A stretch of 64,000 nucleotides of DNA from an uncultured delta proteobacterium (GCA_963782055.1 CAWAIF010000003.1:3232001-3296000), one strand, 5' to 3'. Numbered from the stretch's first letter, positions 1 to 9,586 are shown. The notes: generated by a model from the letters alone, not told the origin. Program-made: numbers and translations.

Positions 1-54
1 TCCGCACGCGATCAGCACCACCCCCAGCGCCAAGCTACCCAGCCAGATCTTCAC
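1..54 (-). CDS. N-terminus of a lipoprotein, running off the window edge (MKIWLGSLALGVVLIACG...)
   Basis: Hand translation: GTG start at 54, GAGGAG Shine-Dalgarno just upstream, hydrophobic stretch ending in lipobox LIAC. Not in the ORF track. Confidence 0.7.
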   Translation of the reverse strand, partial: MKIWLGSLALGVVLIACG

Positions 55-199
55 GACGGCCTCCTCGAGAAAAAAGGACGAGCTAATCTTAACGAGGACG
101 AAGGCCACGTCGAATTCAAAGCGCACGATTTCAAGTACTTGCTGCCCCTACCGGAAAGATGCCGTGTCGCCGGAGGCCGCTCGGGGCGGCCTGGCGCGT

Positions 200-1132
200 T
201 CAGGCGTCATGGCCCTCGTCCAGCTCCTCGTAGTCGTCGAAGAGATGCAGGTCGAGGATGCGCGAGTCGTTCGGCCCGTCGGTGATCACGTCGACGAAGC
301 GCGCCCCGAAGACGAAGTCGGCCGCCTCGTAGGTGTGCCGCGCGTGCACCGTCTGCGAGAGCATCTCGTCGATGCCGACCAGCGTGACGATGAGCGACAC
401 CTGCTGGCGCTTCAGGTCCTCCACGCTCAAGCCGTAGAACGGGCTCTCCGGCGTGATCTCGTGGAAGGCGAGCCACGTCAAAAAGAACATCGCCGACTCG
501 GAGCGCACCAGCTTCAGGTCGGTGAGCTTGCGGATGCGCTCGCCCTCCAGCGTGACGTGCAGGCGCGCCATCACCACCCGGACGCCGGCCTGGACGATGC
601 GCGTCTCGCGGGCGTTCGCCATCCGGAACTGGAGCGTCGGCACGCCGTCGCGGCGGGAGATCACCACGTTCCGCGTGAAGAGCACGCGCGCGGTGGGTCG
701 GGAGAACTTGGCGAAGACCAGGCCGGTGGTGAAGGTGGCCGCGAGCAGGCCGCAGAAGGCCTCCACGGTGACGACCATGTGCGCGGCGCGCGTCACCGGG
801 CTCATCGCCCCGTAGCCGATGGTCGCGAGCGTCTGCACGCTGAAGTAGAAGGAGTCCTCGAAGTTGCCGGGGCGCGCGCCGGTCACGCCGCCGGGCATGA
901 AGGTGTAGACGACGGCGAAGAGCAGGTTCGCCGTCATGTACAGGCAGAAGATGATGCCCAGCGTCGTCGGCCAGCTCGCCTGCATCAGGCGGTAGTAGAA
1001 GTCGCGCAGGGGGTGGATGCGCCCCCCGACGCGCTCGATGCGCCGGGCGCGCTCCACCGTCCGGTCGCGCGGCGCGGGCGTCACCCGGCGCACGACCTTC
1101 GGCCGCGGGGGAGGGCGCGGCGGCTCGCTCAC
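200..1132 (-). CDS. Inward-rectifier potassium channel (KirBac family)
   Basis: FYFSVQTLATIGYG pore/filter, two TM helices, FAKFSRP, and cytoplasmic IRK motifs (PTLQFRMANAR, HEITPESP, HARHTY). GTG start overlaps the upstream stop (GTGA). Confidence 0.93.
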   Translation of the reverse strand: MSEPPRPPPRPKVVRRVTPAPRDRTVERARRIERVGGRIHPLRDFYYRLMQASWPTTLGIIFCLYMTANLLFAVVYTFMPGGVTGARPGNFEDSFYFSVQTLATIGYGAMSPVTRAAHMVVTVEAFCGLLAATFTTGLVFAKFSRPTARVLFTRNVVISRRDGVPTLQFRMANARETRIVQAGVRVVMARLHVTLEGERIRKLTDLKLVRSESAMFFLTWLAFHEITPESPFYGLSVEDLKRQQVSLIVTLVGIDEMLSQTVHARHTYEAADFVFGARFVDVITDGPNDSRILDLHLFDDYEELDEGHDA

Positions 1133-1653
1133 GGCGCCCCGACGGGGGAGACCTGGCGGCCCCAGGCGGTCTCCACGACCAGCTCGCGCTTGCCCCCCTT
1201 CGCTCCCGCCGGTGGGAAGTTGATCATCCTCGCGGGGGACAGGACACAAAGGAGCCCGCTCGTCGTGGCATCGGAGGGCGAGAAGACCACGTTGGGCCGC
1301 CCGACCACCCCCGCGTCGTCGACGGGGAGTACCAGGTGCGCGCCACCGTCGACCAGCTTGCCCTGGCCTAGCAGGTTGCTCGCGCAGCGGGAGATGCGGT
1401 CGGCCAGGTTGTCGACCGCGTCGTGGGCCTCGTCCGGCGTGAGCCCCTGCGCGCTGGCCAGCCCTACCGCCACGAGCGGACGGCGCGCGACGTAGGCGTA
1501 ACCCTCCGCCGTCGTCGCCACCGACGCATCCTGGGTCTGGACGTGCCGCCCCCCGACGAGCACGTCGCGCGGGCCGCTCGGGCAGGCGGGCAGGGCGGCG
1601 AGCGTCAGCGCGCACGCCGCGAGGACGAGCATGCCGGCGCGCCCGGGGCTCAC
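1129..1653 (-). CDS. Hypothetical lipoprotein
   Basis: C-terminal part of ORF 1129..2700. Signal-like [20 protein letters not shown] overlaps at both ends. Alternative ATG start at 1632. Confidence 0.7.
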   Translation of the reverse strand: MSPGRAGMLVLAACALTLAALPACPSGPRDVLVGGRHVQTQDASVATTAEGYAYVARRPLVAVGLASAQGLTPDEAHDAVDNLADRISRCASNLLGQGKLVDGGAHLVLPVDDAGVVGRPNVVFSPSDATTSGLLCVLSPARMINFPPAGAKGGKRELVVETAWGRQVSPVGAP

Positions 1654-2789
1654 GCGAGGAGGTTTCGCGCGATGACCAGCCGCTGGATCTGGCTGGTGCC
1701 CTCGTAGATCTGGAGGATCTTGGCGTCGCGCATCAGCTTCTCCACGGGGTAGTCCTTGACGTAGCCGTTGCCGCCGAACACCTGCACCGCGTCGACCGCC
1801 GTCTGCATCGCGCTGTCGGCGCCGAAGGCCTTCGCGTAGCTGGAGACGATGGGGTTTCGCACGCCGTGGTCCAGGTTCCACGCCGCCTTGCGCACGAGCA
1901 GGCTCGTCGCCTCGTAGCGGATGGCCATGTCGGCGAGGATCGCCTGGATCATCTGGTGCCGGCCGATCGGCACGCCGAAGGTCTTGCGCTCCTTGGCGTA
2001 GGCGACCGACTCGTCCAGGCAGCGCCGCATGATGCCGCAGGCGATGGCGCCGATGTCCGGACGGGTCTGGTTGAAGGTCTCCATCGCCAGCTTGAAGCCC
2101 TGCCCGGGCGGGGCGAGCACCTGGGCGGCGGGGACGCGCACGTCCTCGAGCATCACCGTGTTGGTGTCGCTCGCGCGCTGGCCGAGCTTGTCCTCGTGCT
2201 CGCCCACCGAGACGCCCTTCTGCGAGCGCTCCACGATGAAGGCGCCGATGCCCTTGTGCCTCAGCTCCGGGTTCTCGGTGGCGAAGATGACGTAGAAGCT
2301 CGCGAAGCTGGCGTTGGTGATCCAGCACTTGGTGCCCGCGAGCACGTAGCTGCCGTCTGCCTCCTTCTTCGCGCGGCACTGCAGGCCGGCGACGTCGCTG
2401 CCGGCGTTGGGCTCGCTCGTCGCGTAGGAGGCGAAGATGGGCTCCTTCGCCATCCAGCCCAGGTACTTCTTCTTCTGCTCCTCGCTGCCGCCCAGCTTGA
2501 TGGGCGTGGCGGCGAGGTTGTTGGCGCTCATGCTCGTCTGGATGCCGGAGCAGCCGTAGGCGAGCTCCTCGGTGATGTAGGTGAGGTCCAGGTCGCCCAG
2601 GCCGGGGCCGCCGTACTCGGCGGGGAGGGTGGCGTTGACCAGTCCGAGCTTGTGCCCCTCGACGAAGACCTCCTTCGGGAACTCCGACTTCTGATCGCAC
2701 GCGGCGGCGATGGGGATGATGCGCTCCTTGGTGAAGCGGCGCGCGGTCTCGACGAGGGCCTGCTGCTCTTCGCTCAGTGAGAAATCCAT
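1650..2789 (-). CDS. Acyl-CoA dehydrogenase
   Basis: MDFSLSEEQ start; [34 protein letters not shown] and [17 protein letters not shown] motifs. Confidence 0.96.
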   Translation of the reverse strand: MDFSLSEEQQALVETARRFTKERIIPIAAACDQKSEFPKEVFVEGHKLGLVNATLPAEYGGPGLGDLDLTYITEELAYGCSGIQTSMSANNLAATPIKLGGSEEQKKKYLGWMAKEPIFASYATSEPNAGSDVAGLQCRAKKEADGSYVLAGTKCWITNASFASFYVIFATENPELRHKGIGAFIVERSQKGVSVGEHEDKLGQRASDTNTVMLEDVRVPAAQVLAPPGQGFKLAMETFNQTRPDIGAIACGIMRRCLDESVAYAKERKTFGVPIGRHQMIQAILADMAIRYEATSLLVRKAAWNLDHGVRNPIVSSYAKAFGADSAMQTAVDAVQVFGGNGYVKDYPVEKLMRDAKILQIYEGTSQIQRLVIARNLLA

Positions 2790-2814
2790 GTCCTCTCCAG
2801 TGGTGGTACCCGGT

Positions 2815-2940
2815 TCACTCGCGCGCGCGTCGGCGTCGGCGGTCGGTCCGCCCGCGCTCGGCGCGCACGCCGAGAATGTACCCGACGATGACGCCGATCA
2901 TCAGCACGCCTGGGATGAAGATGACGTGCTCGACCGGCAC
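2815..2940 (-). CDS. Small single-TM protein, 41 aa ([41 protein letters not shown])
   Basis: Hand translation: GTG 3 nt after the upstream stop, GAGGGG SD, one hydrophobic helix and an Arg-rich tail. Below the ORF-track size cutoff. Confidence 0.75.
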   Translation of the reverse strand: MPVEHVIFIPGVLMIGVIVGYILGVRAERGRTDRRRRRARE

Positions 2941-2943
2941 GGC

Positions 2944-3270
2944 TCAGCCCCTCTTCGCTTCGGCGCGATCCAGGGCCTTCTCCAGGTCGTCGATGCGAGC
3001 GCGCAGGGCCGCCTCCTGCCGCCACACGATGACGATGTAGCCCATCAGGATGACCCAGAGCACCGAGTACGCCGTGACGAGCAGCTTGGCGCCGCTGCGC
3101 AGCTGCGGTCCGCCCTCCACCGGGCGGAACGCGGTGGCGCGGTCGTCGGGGGTCTTGCCCGCCTCGGCGCTGGCCGCCGCGGAAGGGGCGGGGGTGGACT
3201 GGGCCCAGGCGGGCCCGGCGAGGCACGCCAGGGCGAGCGTCAGCACGGCGATCCACGAGCGCGTTCGCAT
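2944..3270 (-). CDS. CcmD-like heme exporter protein with N-terminal signal peptide
   Basis: Start overlaps the ccmC stop. AYSVLWVILMGYIVIVW TM segment followed by a coiled coil, the usual CcmD layout. Confidence 0.7.
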   Translation of the reverse strand: MRTRSWIAVLTLALACLAGPAWAQSTPAPSAAASAEAGKTPDDRATAFRPVEGGPQLRSGAKLLVTAYSVLWVILMGYIVIVWRQEAALRARIDDLEKALDRAEAKRG

Positions 3271-4022
3271 CAGGCTTCTTCCTCCTCGAGCAGGCCGAGG
3301 TCCAGCGCGTCCTCTTCCGCCCGGGCGAGGCGGTGCTTCGCCAGCTCGAGCCGGACGCGCGCCCAGAGCAGGGTGATGGCGAAGAGGGTGAAGGAGATGA
3401 ACCCGAGGGCGAGCGCGAGCTTCATCTCCGGCGAGTGCAGGCCGCCGCCCTTGGCGGTGATGACGGTGGGGTGCTGGCCGCTCCACTTCTGCACGCTGAA
3501 GTGGATGATGGGCAGGTTGGCCGCGCCCAGGATGCCGAGCGCCGCCGAGAAGCGCCGCTCCGCCTCGCCGTCGCCGGCGAACCCGCGCAGCACCAGGTAC
3601 GCGACATAGATGAGGACGCTGAGCAGCGCGGTGGTGAGGCGCGGATCCCACGTCCAGAAGTAGCCCCACGCCTTGGCCGCCCAGAGCGGCCCGGTGGTCA
3701 GCACGATGGCGCCGAAGACGACCGCCAGCTCGGCCCCCACGCGCGCGACGGAGTCCCACAGCGCGGTGGGCTTGAGGAGGTAGCCCACCGAGCCCACGAA
3801 GCACGCGGCCGCCCCCAGGTACATGCTGTAGGCCGCGGGGACGTGGAAGTAGAAGATCTTCTGGACGATGCCCATCACCCGCTCGATGGGCGCCTGGTAG
3901 AAGACGACGTGGATCGTCCACAAAAACAGGGCTGTCGTCGTGGCGATCAGGCCGTAGAAGACGAAGTCGGCCGCGCCGCGCCCGTAGGCCGCCACCCCCG
4001 GTCGCGCGCCGTTGTCCTTCAT
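3270..4022 (-). CDS. ccmC: Cytochrome c biogenesis protein CcmC (CcsA/CcmC family)
   Basis: KIFYFHVP, Trp-rich TGPLWAAKAWGYFWTWDPRLT, conserved C-terminal QHP, six TM segments. Confidence 0.92.
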   Translation of the reverse strand: MKDNGARPGVAAYGRGAADFVFYGLIATTTALFLWTIHVVFYQAPIERVMGIVQKIFYFHVPAAYSMYLGAAACFVGSVGYLLKPTALWDSVARVGAELAVVFGAIVLTTGPLWAAKAWGYFWTWDPRLTTALLSVLIYVAYLVLRGFAGDGEAERRFSAALGILGAANLPIIHFSVQKWSGQHPTVITAKGGGLHSPEMKLALALGFISFTLFAITLLWARVRLELAKHRLARAEEDALDLGLLEEEEA

Positions 4023-4211
4023 CGCCCCACACGGTAGTGCCCCTCGCGGCGTCCTTCAAGCGAACCCGGACCAAAAGCCTTAGGCGCCCCGGGCGGTGGC
4101 ATCGTACAATTCGATCTCGGTCGGAAGGCCGGCGGGCGTGACCGGCGGGGAAGGCGGTCTCGCGCGCATGCTCGCGGGACACTTGTGCTTCACGTGACGG
4201 AGGTGGTGACG

Positions 4212-6210
4212 ATGGCAGCTTGGACGAAACATCTTGCGCTGATCGCGGCGATGACTGTGGGCGTGGCGGCGGCGGGCGCCGCCGGGTGCGGTTCGGAGGG
4301 TGACAACCGCTTCGGCAACGGCGCCGACGGCGGCGTCGACGGCGCCGACATCGACGCGCAGTTCCAGGACGGCGACTGCCTGTTCGGCTGCGGCAACGGC
4401 GACTCCAGCACCACGCAGCAGCTCGTCATCGCGCCGCAGAACGTCGTCTTGACCGTGAACAACGGCACCGTCCAGACGCAGGACTTCACCGTCACCTTCA
4501 ACGGCAACGACGTCACCTCGCAGGTGTCCTGGTCGTACGACACGCCCATCATCGGCGACGTGCTCTCCGCCGCCACCTTCACGCCGACGGGCAAGGTCGC
4601 CGGCGTAGGCACCCTCACCGCGAGCATGGGCAACGGCAAGGGTAGCACCACCGTCTCGGTGAAGATCCTCAAGACGGTGACCGGCGGCGTGTCGCAGCAG
4701 CAGCAGCAGACGCTCGACAACCCCAACGGCCCGGCCGACAGCGCGCAGCTCGTCTACCCCTACGACAAGACCGTCTTCCCGCTCGCGGTGCTCGCCCCGG
4801 AGATGCAGTGGAACGGCGCGGGGAGCAACGACGTCTACCGCCTGGAGCTCAAGGAGAAGTTCTACGACTACGTCGAGTACTTCACGACGGGCACGCCCTC
4901 TCGCCACCTCGTCGCGCAGGCGGACTGGGACGGCATCGAGAGCTCCGGCCAGGGTCCGAACAGCGACCCGCTGAGCGTGTCGCTCACGCGCATGTCGGGC
5001 AACACCGCGTACAAGCCCATCCAGCAGACGTGGCACATCGCGCAGGGCAAGCTCTTCGGCAGCGTCTACTACTGGGAGCTGCCCGACGCCTGCGGGAGCG
5101 GCAACGGCCGCATCCTGAAGATCAACCCGGGCGCCACCAACGTCACCCAGATCCTCAACAACGGCGAGTGCTGGGGCTGCCACACCGTCAGCCGCGACGG
5201 CAACACCATCCTGGGCAATTTCAGCGCCCTCAGCTACGGCGACGAGACGGTCGACATCTCGCAGAACCCCGCGGTGAAGACCAGCACGACGTTCGGCACG
5301 AGCACCTTCTCCGCCTTCAACGACGACGGGACCAAGGCGCTCATGGCGCACGGCAACTACAGCGGGCCGCACACTGTCGACCTGGTGGACGTCGCCAAGG
5401 GCACCACCCTCAAGGGCAGCGTCTTCAGCGGCTACGCCGCCGAGCCTGCCTGGTCGCCCGACGGCAAGAAGGTCGCCGCCATCACCGGCATCAGCGACAG
5501 CGGCTGGCCGTTCGACTCGCAGAGCGGGGATTCTCACGGTCGGCGACGTGGGGCCGAACAACACCTTCTCCAACTTCAAGACCATCGTCCCGAAGGCGAA
5601 GGTGGGCACCGGCCGTCCGGCGTACCCGAGCTTCGACCCCACCTCCAGCTACCTCGCCTTCACCAACCCGAGCGCCGGGTCCCGGTCCACCGGCAGCGGC
5701 TCGCTCTGGCTGGCGGACGTGGGCGGCACCAGCGTCAAGGAGCTGAAGACCGCCGCGAGCGACGGCAAGAGCTTCAACCCGGTCTTCGCCCCGCTGCGCG
5801 CGGGCGGCTACTCCTGGATCGTGTTCATCACGCGCCGCAACTACGGCAACGAGCTGGTCTCGGCCAACCGGCAGCAGCTCTGGATCACCGCGATCGACGA
5901 CCCGCCGACGGCCGCCGACCCGTCGCACCCGCCGTTTTACATGCGCGGGCAGGAGTCGTGCGGCAAGAGCGAGAACGCGTACTACGCGCTCGACCCGTGC
6001 AAGAAGGTCGGCGAGGACTGCACCTCCGGCGTCGACTGCTGCGGCGGCCAGTGCATCAAGGACCCGAACACCAAGAAGTACACCTGCGGCAACAACCCGC
6101 AGAACGGGTGCTCGTCGGACGGCAACGCCTGCAAGTCGGACAGCGACTGCTGCGGCGCCCCGCAGTCCAAGTGCATCGACGGCTTCTGCCAGAAGCCGCC
6201 GCCGAACTGA
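4212..6210 (+). CDS. Secreted lipoprotein, TolB/WD40-like propeller plus Cys-rich C-terminus; apparent +1 frameshift near 5525-5532
   Basis: SD GGAGGT, lipobox AAGC, EPAWSPDGKK and YPSFDP/FNPVFAP propeller-type motifs. Coding-like sequence switches from ORF 4185..6347 to ORF 5548..6210 at agcggggattctcacg. Confidence 0.8.
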
Positions 6211-6212
6211 GA

Positions 6213-6589
6213 GGATGTGAGCTTCGCTCACATCCCTCTCAGGACTGGTCCCATGGAGGGGCGGCACGCGCCGCCCCTCCCCGCCCAAGTGAATTGGGCG
6301 GGGCCCCACCCCACGCGGGCCCTCCGCTGCGCGTCGGGCGGATGTGAGCTTCGCTCACATCCTCTCAGGACTGGTCCCATGGAGGGGCGGCACGCGCCGC
6401 CCCTCCCCGCCCAAGTGAATTGGGCGGGGCCCCACCCCACGCGGGCCCTCCGCTGCGCGTCGGGCGGATGTGAGCTTCGCTCACATCCTCTCAGGACCGG
6501 TCCCATGGAGGGGCGGCACGCGCCGCCCCTCCCCGCCCAAGTGAATTGGGCGGGGCCCCACCCCACGCGGGCCCTCCGCTGCGCGTCGG
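6213..6589. repeat. Three near-identical 126-127 bp tandem units built from nested palindromes (REP/BIME-like)
   Basis: Units start at 6213, 6340 and 6466. Each has GGATGTGAGC-ttc-GCTCACATCC, GGAGGGGCGGC-acgc-GCCGCCCCTCC and CCCCGCCCAA-gtgaa-TTGGGCGGGG. Lies between convergent genes. Confidence 0.95.
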
Positions 6590-6617
6590 CGCCCTCCACC
6601 CACCATCCCCTCTTGCT

Positions 6618-6667
6618 CCCCCTCTCCCTCGTAGGGAGAGGGGGTCGGGGGGTGAGGCGGGGTGAGG
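6618..6667. repeat. BoxC-like palindromic extragenic element, possible terminator
   Basis: CCCCCTCTCCCT-cgt-AGGGAGAGGGGG hairpin followed by GGGGTGAGG twice; resembles the CCCTCACCCC..CCCTCTCCC..GGGAGAGGG repeat family. Confidence 0.65.
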
Positions 6668-6670
6668 CCG

Positions 6671-7621
6671 TCAGGCGACGTACGCGCCGATGGCGCGGAA
6701 GCGGGCGTAGCGGTCCTGGACGAGCTGCTCGGGCGTCATGCGGAGCAGCTCGCGGAGGGTCTCGTGGATCGCCGAGCCCACCAGGCGCGCGGCGAGGTCG
6801 GGGTCCTGATGCGCCCCGCCAGGGGGCTCGTCCACCACCCGCTCCACCACCTTCAGCGAGAGCAGGTCGGAGGAGGTCATCTTCAGCCGCTCGGCGGCGA
6901 GGTCCGCCTTGTTGCCGTCCTTCCAGAGGATGGAGGCGCACCCCTCCGGCGAGATGACCGAGTAGGTCCCGTACTCCTGCACCAGCACGCGGTTCGCCAC
7001 GGCCAGGGCGAGCGCGCCGCCGCTGCCGCCCTCGCCGATGATCGTCGCGATGATGGGGACGCGCGCGCGGAACATGGCCGCGATGCACGCGCCGATGGCC
7101 TCGCTCTGCCCGCGCTCCTCTGCGCCGATGCCCGGGTACGCGCCCTGCGTGTCGACGAAGGTGAGGATGGGCAGGCCGAAGCGGTCGGCCAGGGCGTAGA
7201 GGCGCGCCGCCTTGCGGTTGCCCTCCGGGTTGGCCTGCCCGAAGTTGCGCGTCACCTTCTCCTTGGTGGAGCGCCCCTTCTGGTGGCCGACGACGACGAC
7301 GCTGCGCCCGCGGAAGCGCCCGACGCCGCCGACGACGGCGGGGTCGTCGCCGAAGCGGCGGTCACCGTGCAGCTCGTGGAAGTCCTCGATGAGCCGCTCG
7401 ACGTAGTCGAGGGTGTAGGGCCGCTGCGGGTGGCGACAGAGCTGGACCTTCTGCCACGGGGTGAGCCCGGCGAAGAGCTCCCGCGCGAGGCGTCCGGTCT
7501 TCTCCTCCAGGCGGCGCAGCTCCGGCTCCAGCGCGCGGTCGCTCTCGGAGAGGTCGCGTAGCTCGCGCACCTTCTCGAGCAGATCGACGATGGGCTTCTC
7601 GAACGGCAGGACGTACGACAT
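6671..7621 (-). CDS. accA: Acetyl-CoA carboxylase carboxyltransferase alpha subunit
   Basis: [59 protein letters not shown]. Confidence 0.98.
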   Translation of the reverse strand: MSYVLPFEKPIVDLLEKVRELRDLSESDRALEPELRRLEEKTGRLARELFAGLTPWQKVQLCRHPQRPYTLDYVERLIEDFHELHGDRRFGDDPAVVGGVGRFRGRSVVVVGHQKGRSTKEKVTRNFGQANPEGNRKAARLYALADRFGLPILTFVDTQGAYPGIGAEERGQSEAIGACIAAMFRARVPIIATIIGEGGSGGALALAVANRVLVQEYGTYSVISPEGCASILWKDGNKADLAAERLKMTSSDLLSLKVVERVVDEPPGGAHQDPDLAARLVGSAIHETLRELLRMTPEQLVQDRYARFRAIGAYVA

Positions 7622-7627
7622 CGACCC

Positions 7628-9586
7628 TCAGCGCGCGGCCGCCGTCGGCTTCTCGCGCTTGACGTTGAAGATGCGGAGCGGCTTCTCCTTGCCCTTCAGG
7701 TTGGCCGGGGGGAGCTCCTCCACCTCGAAGCGGTTGCCCAGCTTCTGCAAGGTGTTCTCGCTGACGATGATCTGCCCGGCGAGGGCGATGCCGCAGAGGC
7801 GGGCGCTGGTGTTCGCCGTGTCGCCGATGACGGTGTAGCTGAGCGCCTTGCTGCTGCCGACGTAGCCGGCGACGAGCGGCCCGGTGTGGATGCCGATGCC
7901 GATGGCGAGCGGCGCCTGCCCGCGCTCCACGCGCGCGCGGTTGAAGCGGCCGAGCACTTCCATCTGCTCGAGCGAGCTCTGCATGCAGAGGATGGGGTCG
8001 TCCGGGTGGTGCGCGGGCGCGCCCCAGATGGCCATGATGCCGTCGCCCATGAACTTGTCGAGCGTGCCCTCGTACTTGAAGATCGTCTCCACCATGAGCT
8101 CGAAATACTCGTTGAGCATCTCGATCATCTCCTCCGGCGGGGCGCCCTCGCTCATGCGGGTGAAGCCGCGGATGTCGCTGTTGAAGATGGTGCAGTCGTC
8201 CAGGAGCTGACCGCCCAGCTTCACCTCGAGCTTGCCGCTGATGACCTGCTCGGCCACGTTGGGGGAGAGCAGGCGGCTGAAGCGCTCGCGGGTGACGATC
8301 TCCTGCTCGATCTTGCGCGCGAGGAGGTTGTTCTCGATGAACATGGCCGCCTGGTTGCCGACGGCGGTGATCATCTCCAGGTCCTTCTGCTGGAACTGGG
8401 CAAGCGACTCGGAGTCCAGCCAGAGCGCGCCGAGCACATCTTGCTCGTGGAGCAGCGGCACCACGATGGCGCTGGAGATGCGGTTGAGGATCATCGACTT
8501 GCCCTTGGAGGCGGCGAAGTCCATCGACGCGTCGTGCGTGAGCACGCTCGCGCGCTCGCGGATGACGTGGTTGAGGATGGTGGAGCTGACCTGGATGGGG
8601 GCGTCGGTGCCGTCGCGCCGTCGCGCCGCGCGCGGCTGCAGCGTGCCGTCCGGCTCGCGCAGCAGGATGACGCCGCGGTCGGCGTTGACGAAGCGGAAGA
8701 GCGCCTGGAGGATCTTCTCCAGGAGCTTCTCCAGGTCGCGCTCCAGGCTGATGTCGCGGGTGAGCTCCCAGGTGATGCGCAGGCGCTCGTAGTCCAGGCG
8801 GAGCTGCTGCGGGTCCTGGGCGATCTGGTCGAAGGGGACGAAGCCCTTCTGCTGCGCGGCGATCTGCGTGCCGATGGCGCGCGCGGAGTCCAGGACGTCG
8901 ACGCGGGTGCCGCTGAAGCTGGGCGGGCGGTTGGCTCGCGGCGGCTGTCCGAGGGTGGGCGGGAAGCCCGGCATGTGCGAGGCGCCGGGCGCCATCGGCA
9001 CGGTGCCCATCGGCCCGCCGCTCATCGGACTGCCAGGCGCTCCTGGCAGCCGGGGGGTCATGGGCTGCGGGCGGGGCATCGACTGCGGCTGGGGCTGCAT
9101 CACCGGCTGCGGCTGGAAGGCCGGGCCGGAGCCCATGCGCGGCTGCTGCTGCTGCCCGGGCGCCATCATGGAGGCGGGGAGCTGGCCGGGCTGCTGCTGC
9201 GGCCAGGCGGGTGGCTGTTGCTGCTGCTGCATCATCCCGCCGGGCTGCGGCTGCTGGATGGCGCCGGGGCTGATGGCGGAGGGGCCATATTGCAGCGGGG
9301 CAGAGCCGTCGTCGAAGCGGGCGCGGGTGGAGCCGAGGGCAATCTCGTCGCCGTGCCGCAAGACCTGCTCCCCGCGGACTCGCTCCCCGTTGATGTAGGT
9401 CCCGTTCAGGCTCCCCAGGTCACGAAGAACGAAGTGTCCCTCGCGCTGCTCGACGATGCAGTGCTCCTTGGAGACGATCTTGTCGAGGAGCTGGATCGAG
9501 TTGTTGGGGTGTCGACCCAGGCTGTTGATGGGTCGTAGCTCGATCGCTTGCTGCCCTTCTGCGGTCGCAAGAATGAGACGAGCCAT
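7628..9586 (-). CDS. FHA - Pro/Gln linker - GAF - class III adenylate cyclase
   Basis: FHA: LGRHP, VSKEH, DLGSLNGTYING. Central GAF region. Cyclase: SDIRGFT, DKFMGDGIMA, YTVIGDTANTSARL. Confidence 0.93.
   Translation of the reverse strand: MARLILATAEGQQAIELRPINSLGRHPNNSIQLLDKIVSKEHCIVEQREGHFVLRDLGSLNGTYINGERVRGEQVLRHGDEIALGSTRARFDDGSAPLQYGPSAISPGAIQQPQPGGMMQQQQQPPAWPQQQPGQLPASMMAPGQQQQPRMGSGPAFQPQPVMQPQPQSMPRPQPMTPRLPGAPGSPMSGGPMGTVPMAPGASHMPGFPPTLGQPPRANRPPSFSGTRVDVLDSARAIGTQIAAQQKGFVPFDQIAQDPQQLRLDYERLRITWELTRDISLERDLEKLLEKILQALFRFVNADRGVILLREPDGTLQPRAARRRDGTDAPIQVSSTILNHVIRERASVLTHDASMDFAASKGKSMILNRISSAIVVPLLHEQDVLGALWLDSESLAQFQQKDLEMITAVGNQAAMFIENNLLARKIEQEIVTRERFSRLLSPNVAEQVISGKLEVKLGGQLLDDCTIFNSDIRGFTRMSEGAPPEEMIEMLNEYFELMVETIFKYEGTLDKFMGDGIMAIWGAPAHHPDDPILCMQSSLEQMEVLGRFNRARVERGQAPLAIGIGIHTGPLVAGYVGSSKALSYTVIGDTANTSARLCGIALAGQIIVSENTLQKLGNRFEVEELPPANLKGKEKPLRIFNVKREKPTAAAR

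Noticed and set aside
6213..6589. Possible CRISPR array
   Set aside because: Whole 126-bp units are near identical, so there are no unique spacers; no cas genes in the window.
6217..7088. ORFs 6217..6957 (+) and 6228..7088 (-) with 42-aa repeats
   Set aside because: Read-through of the palindromic DNA repeat whose unit length is divisible by 3; they overlap accA and lack coding-like codon usage.
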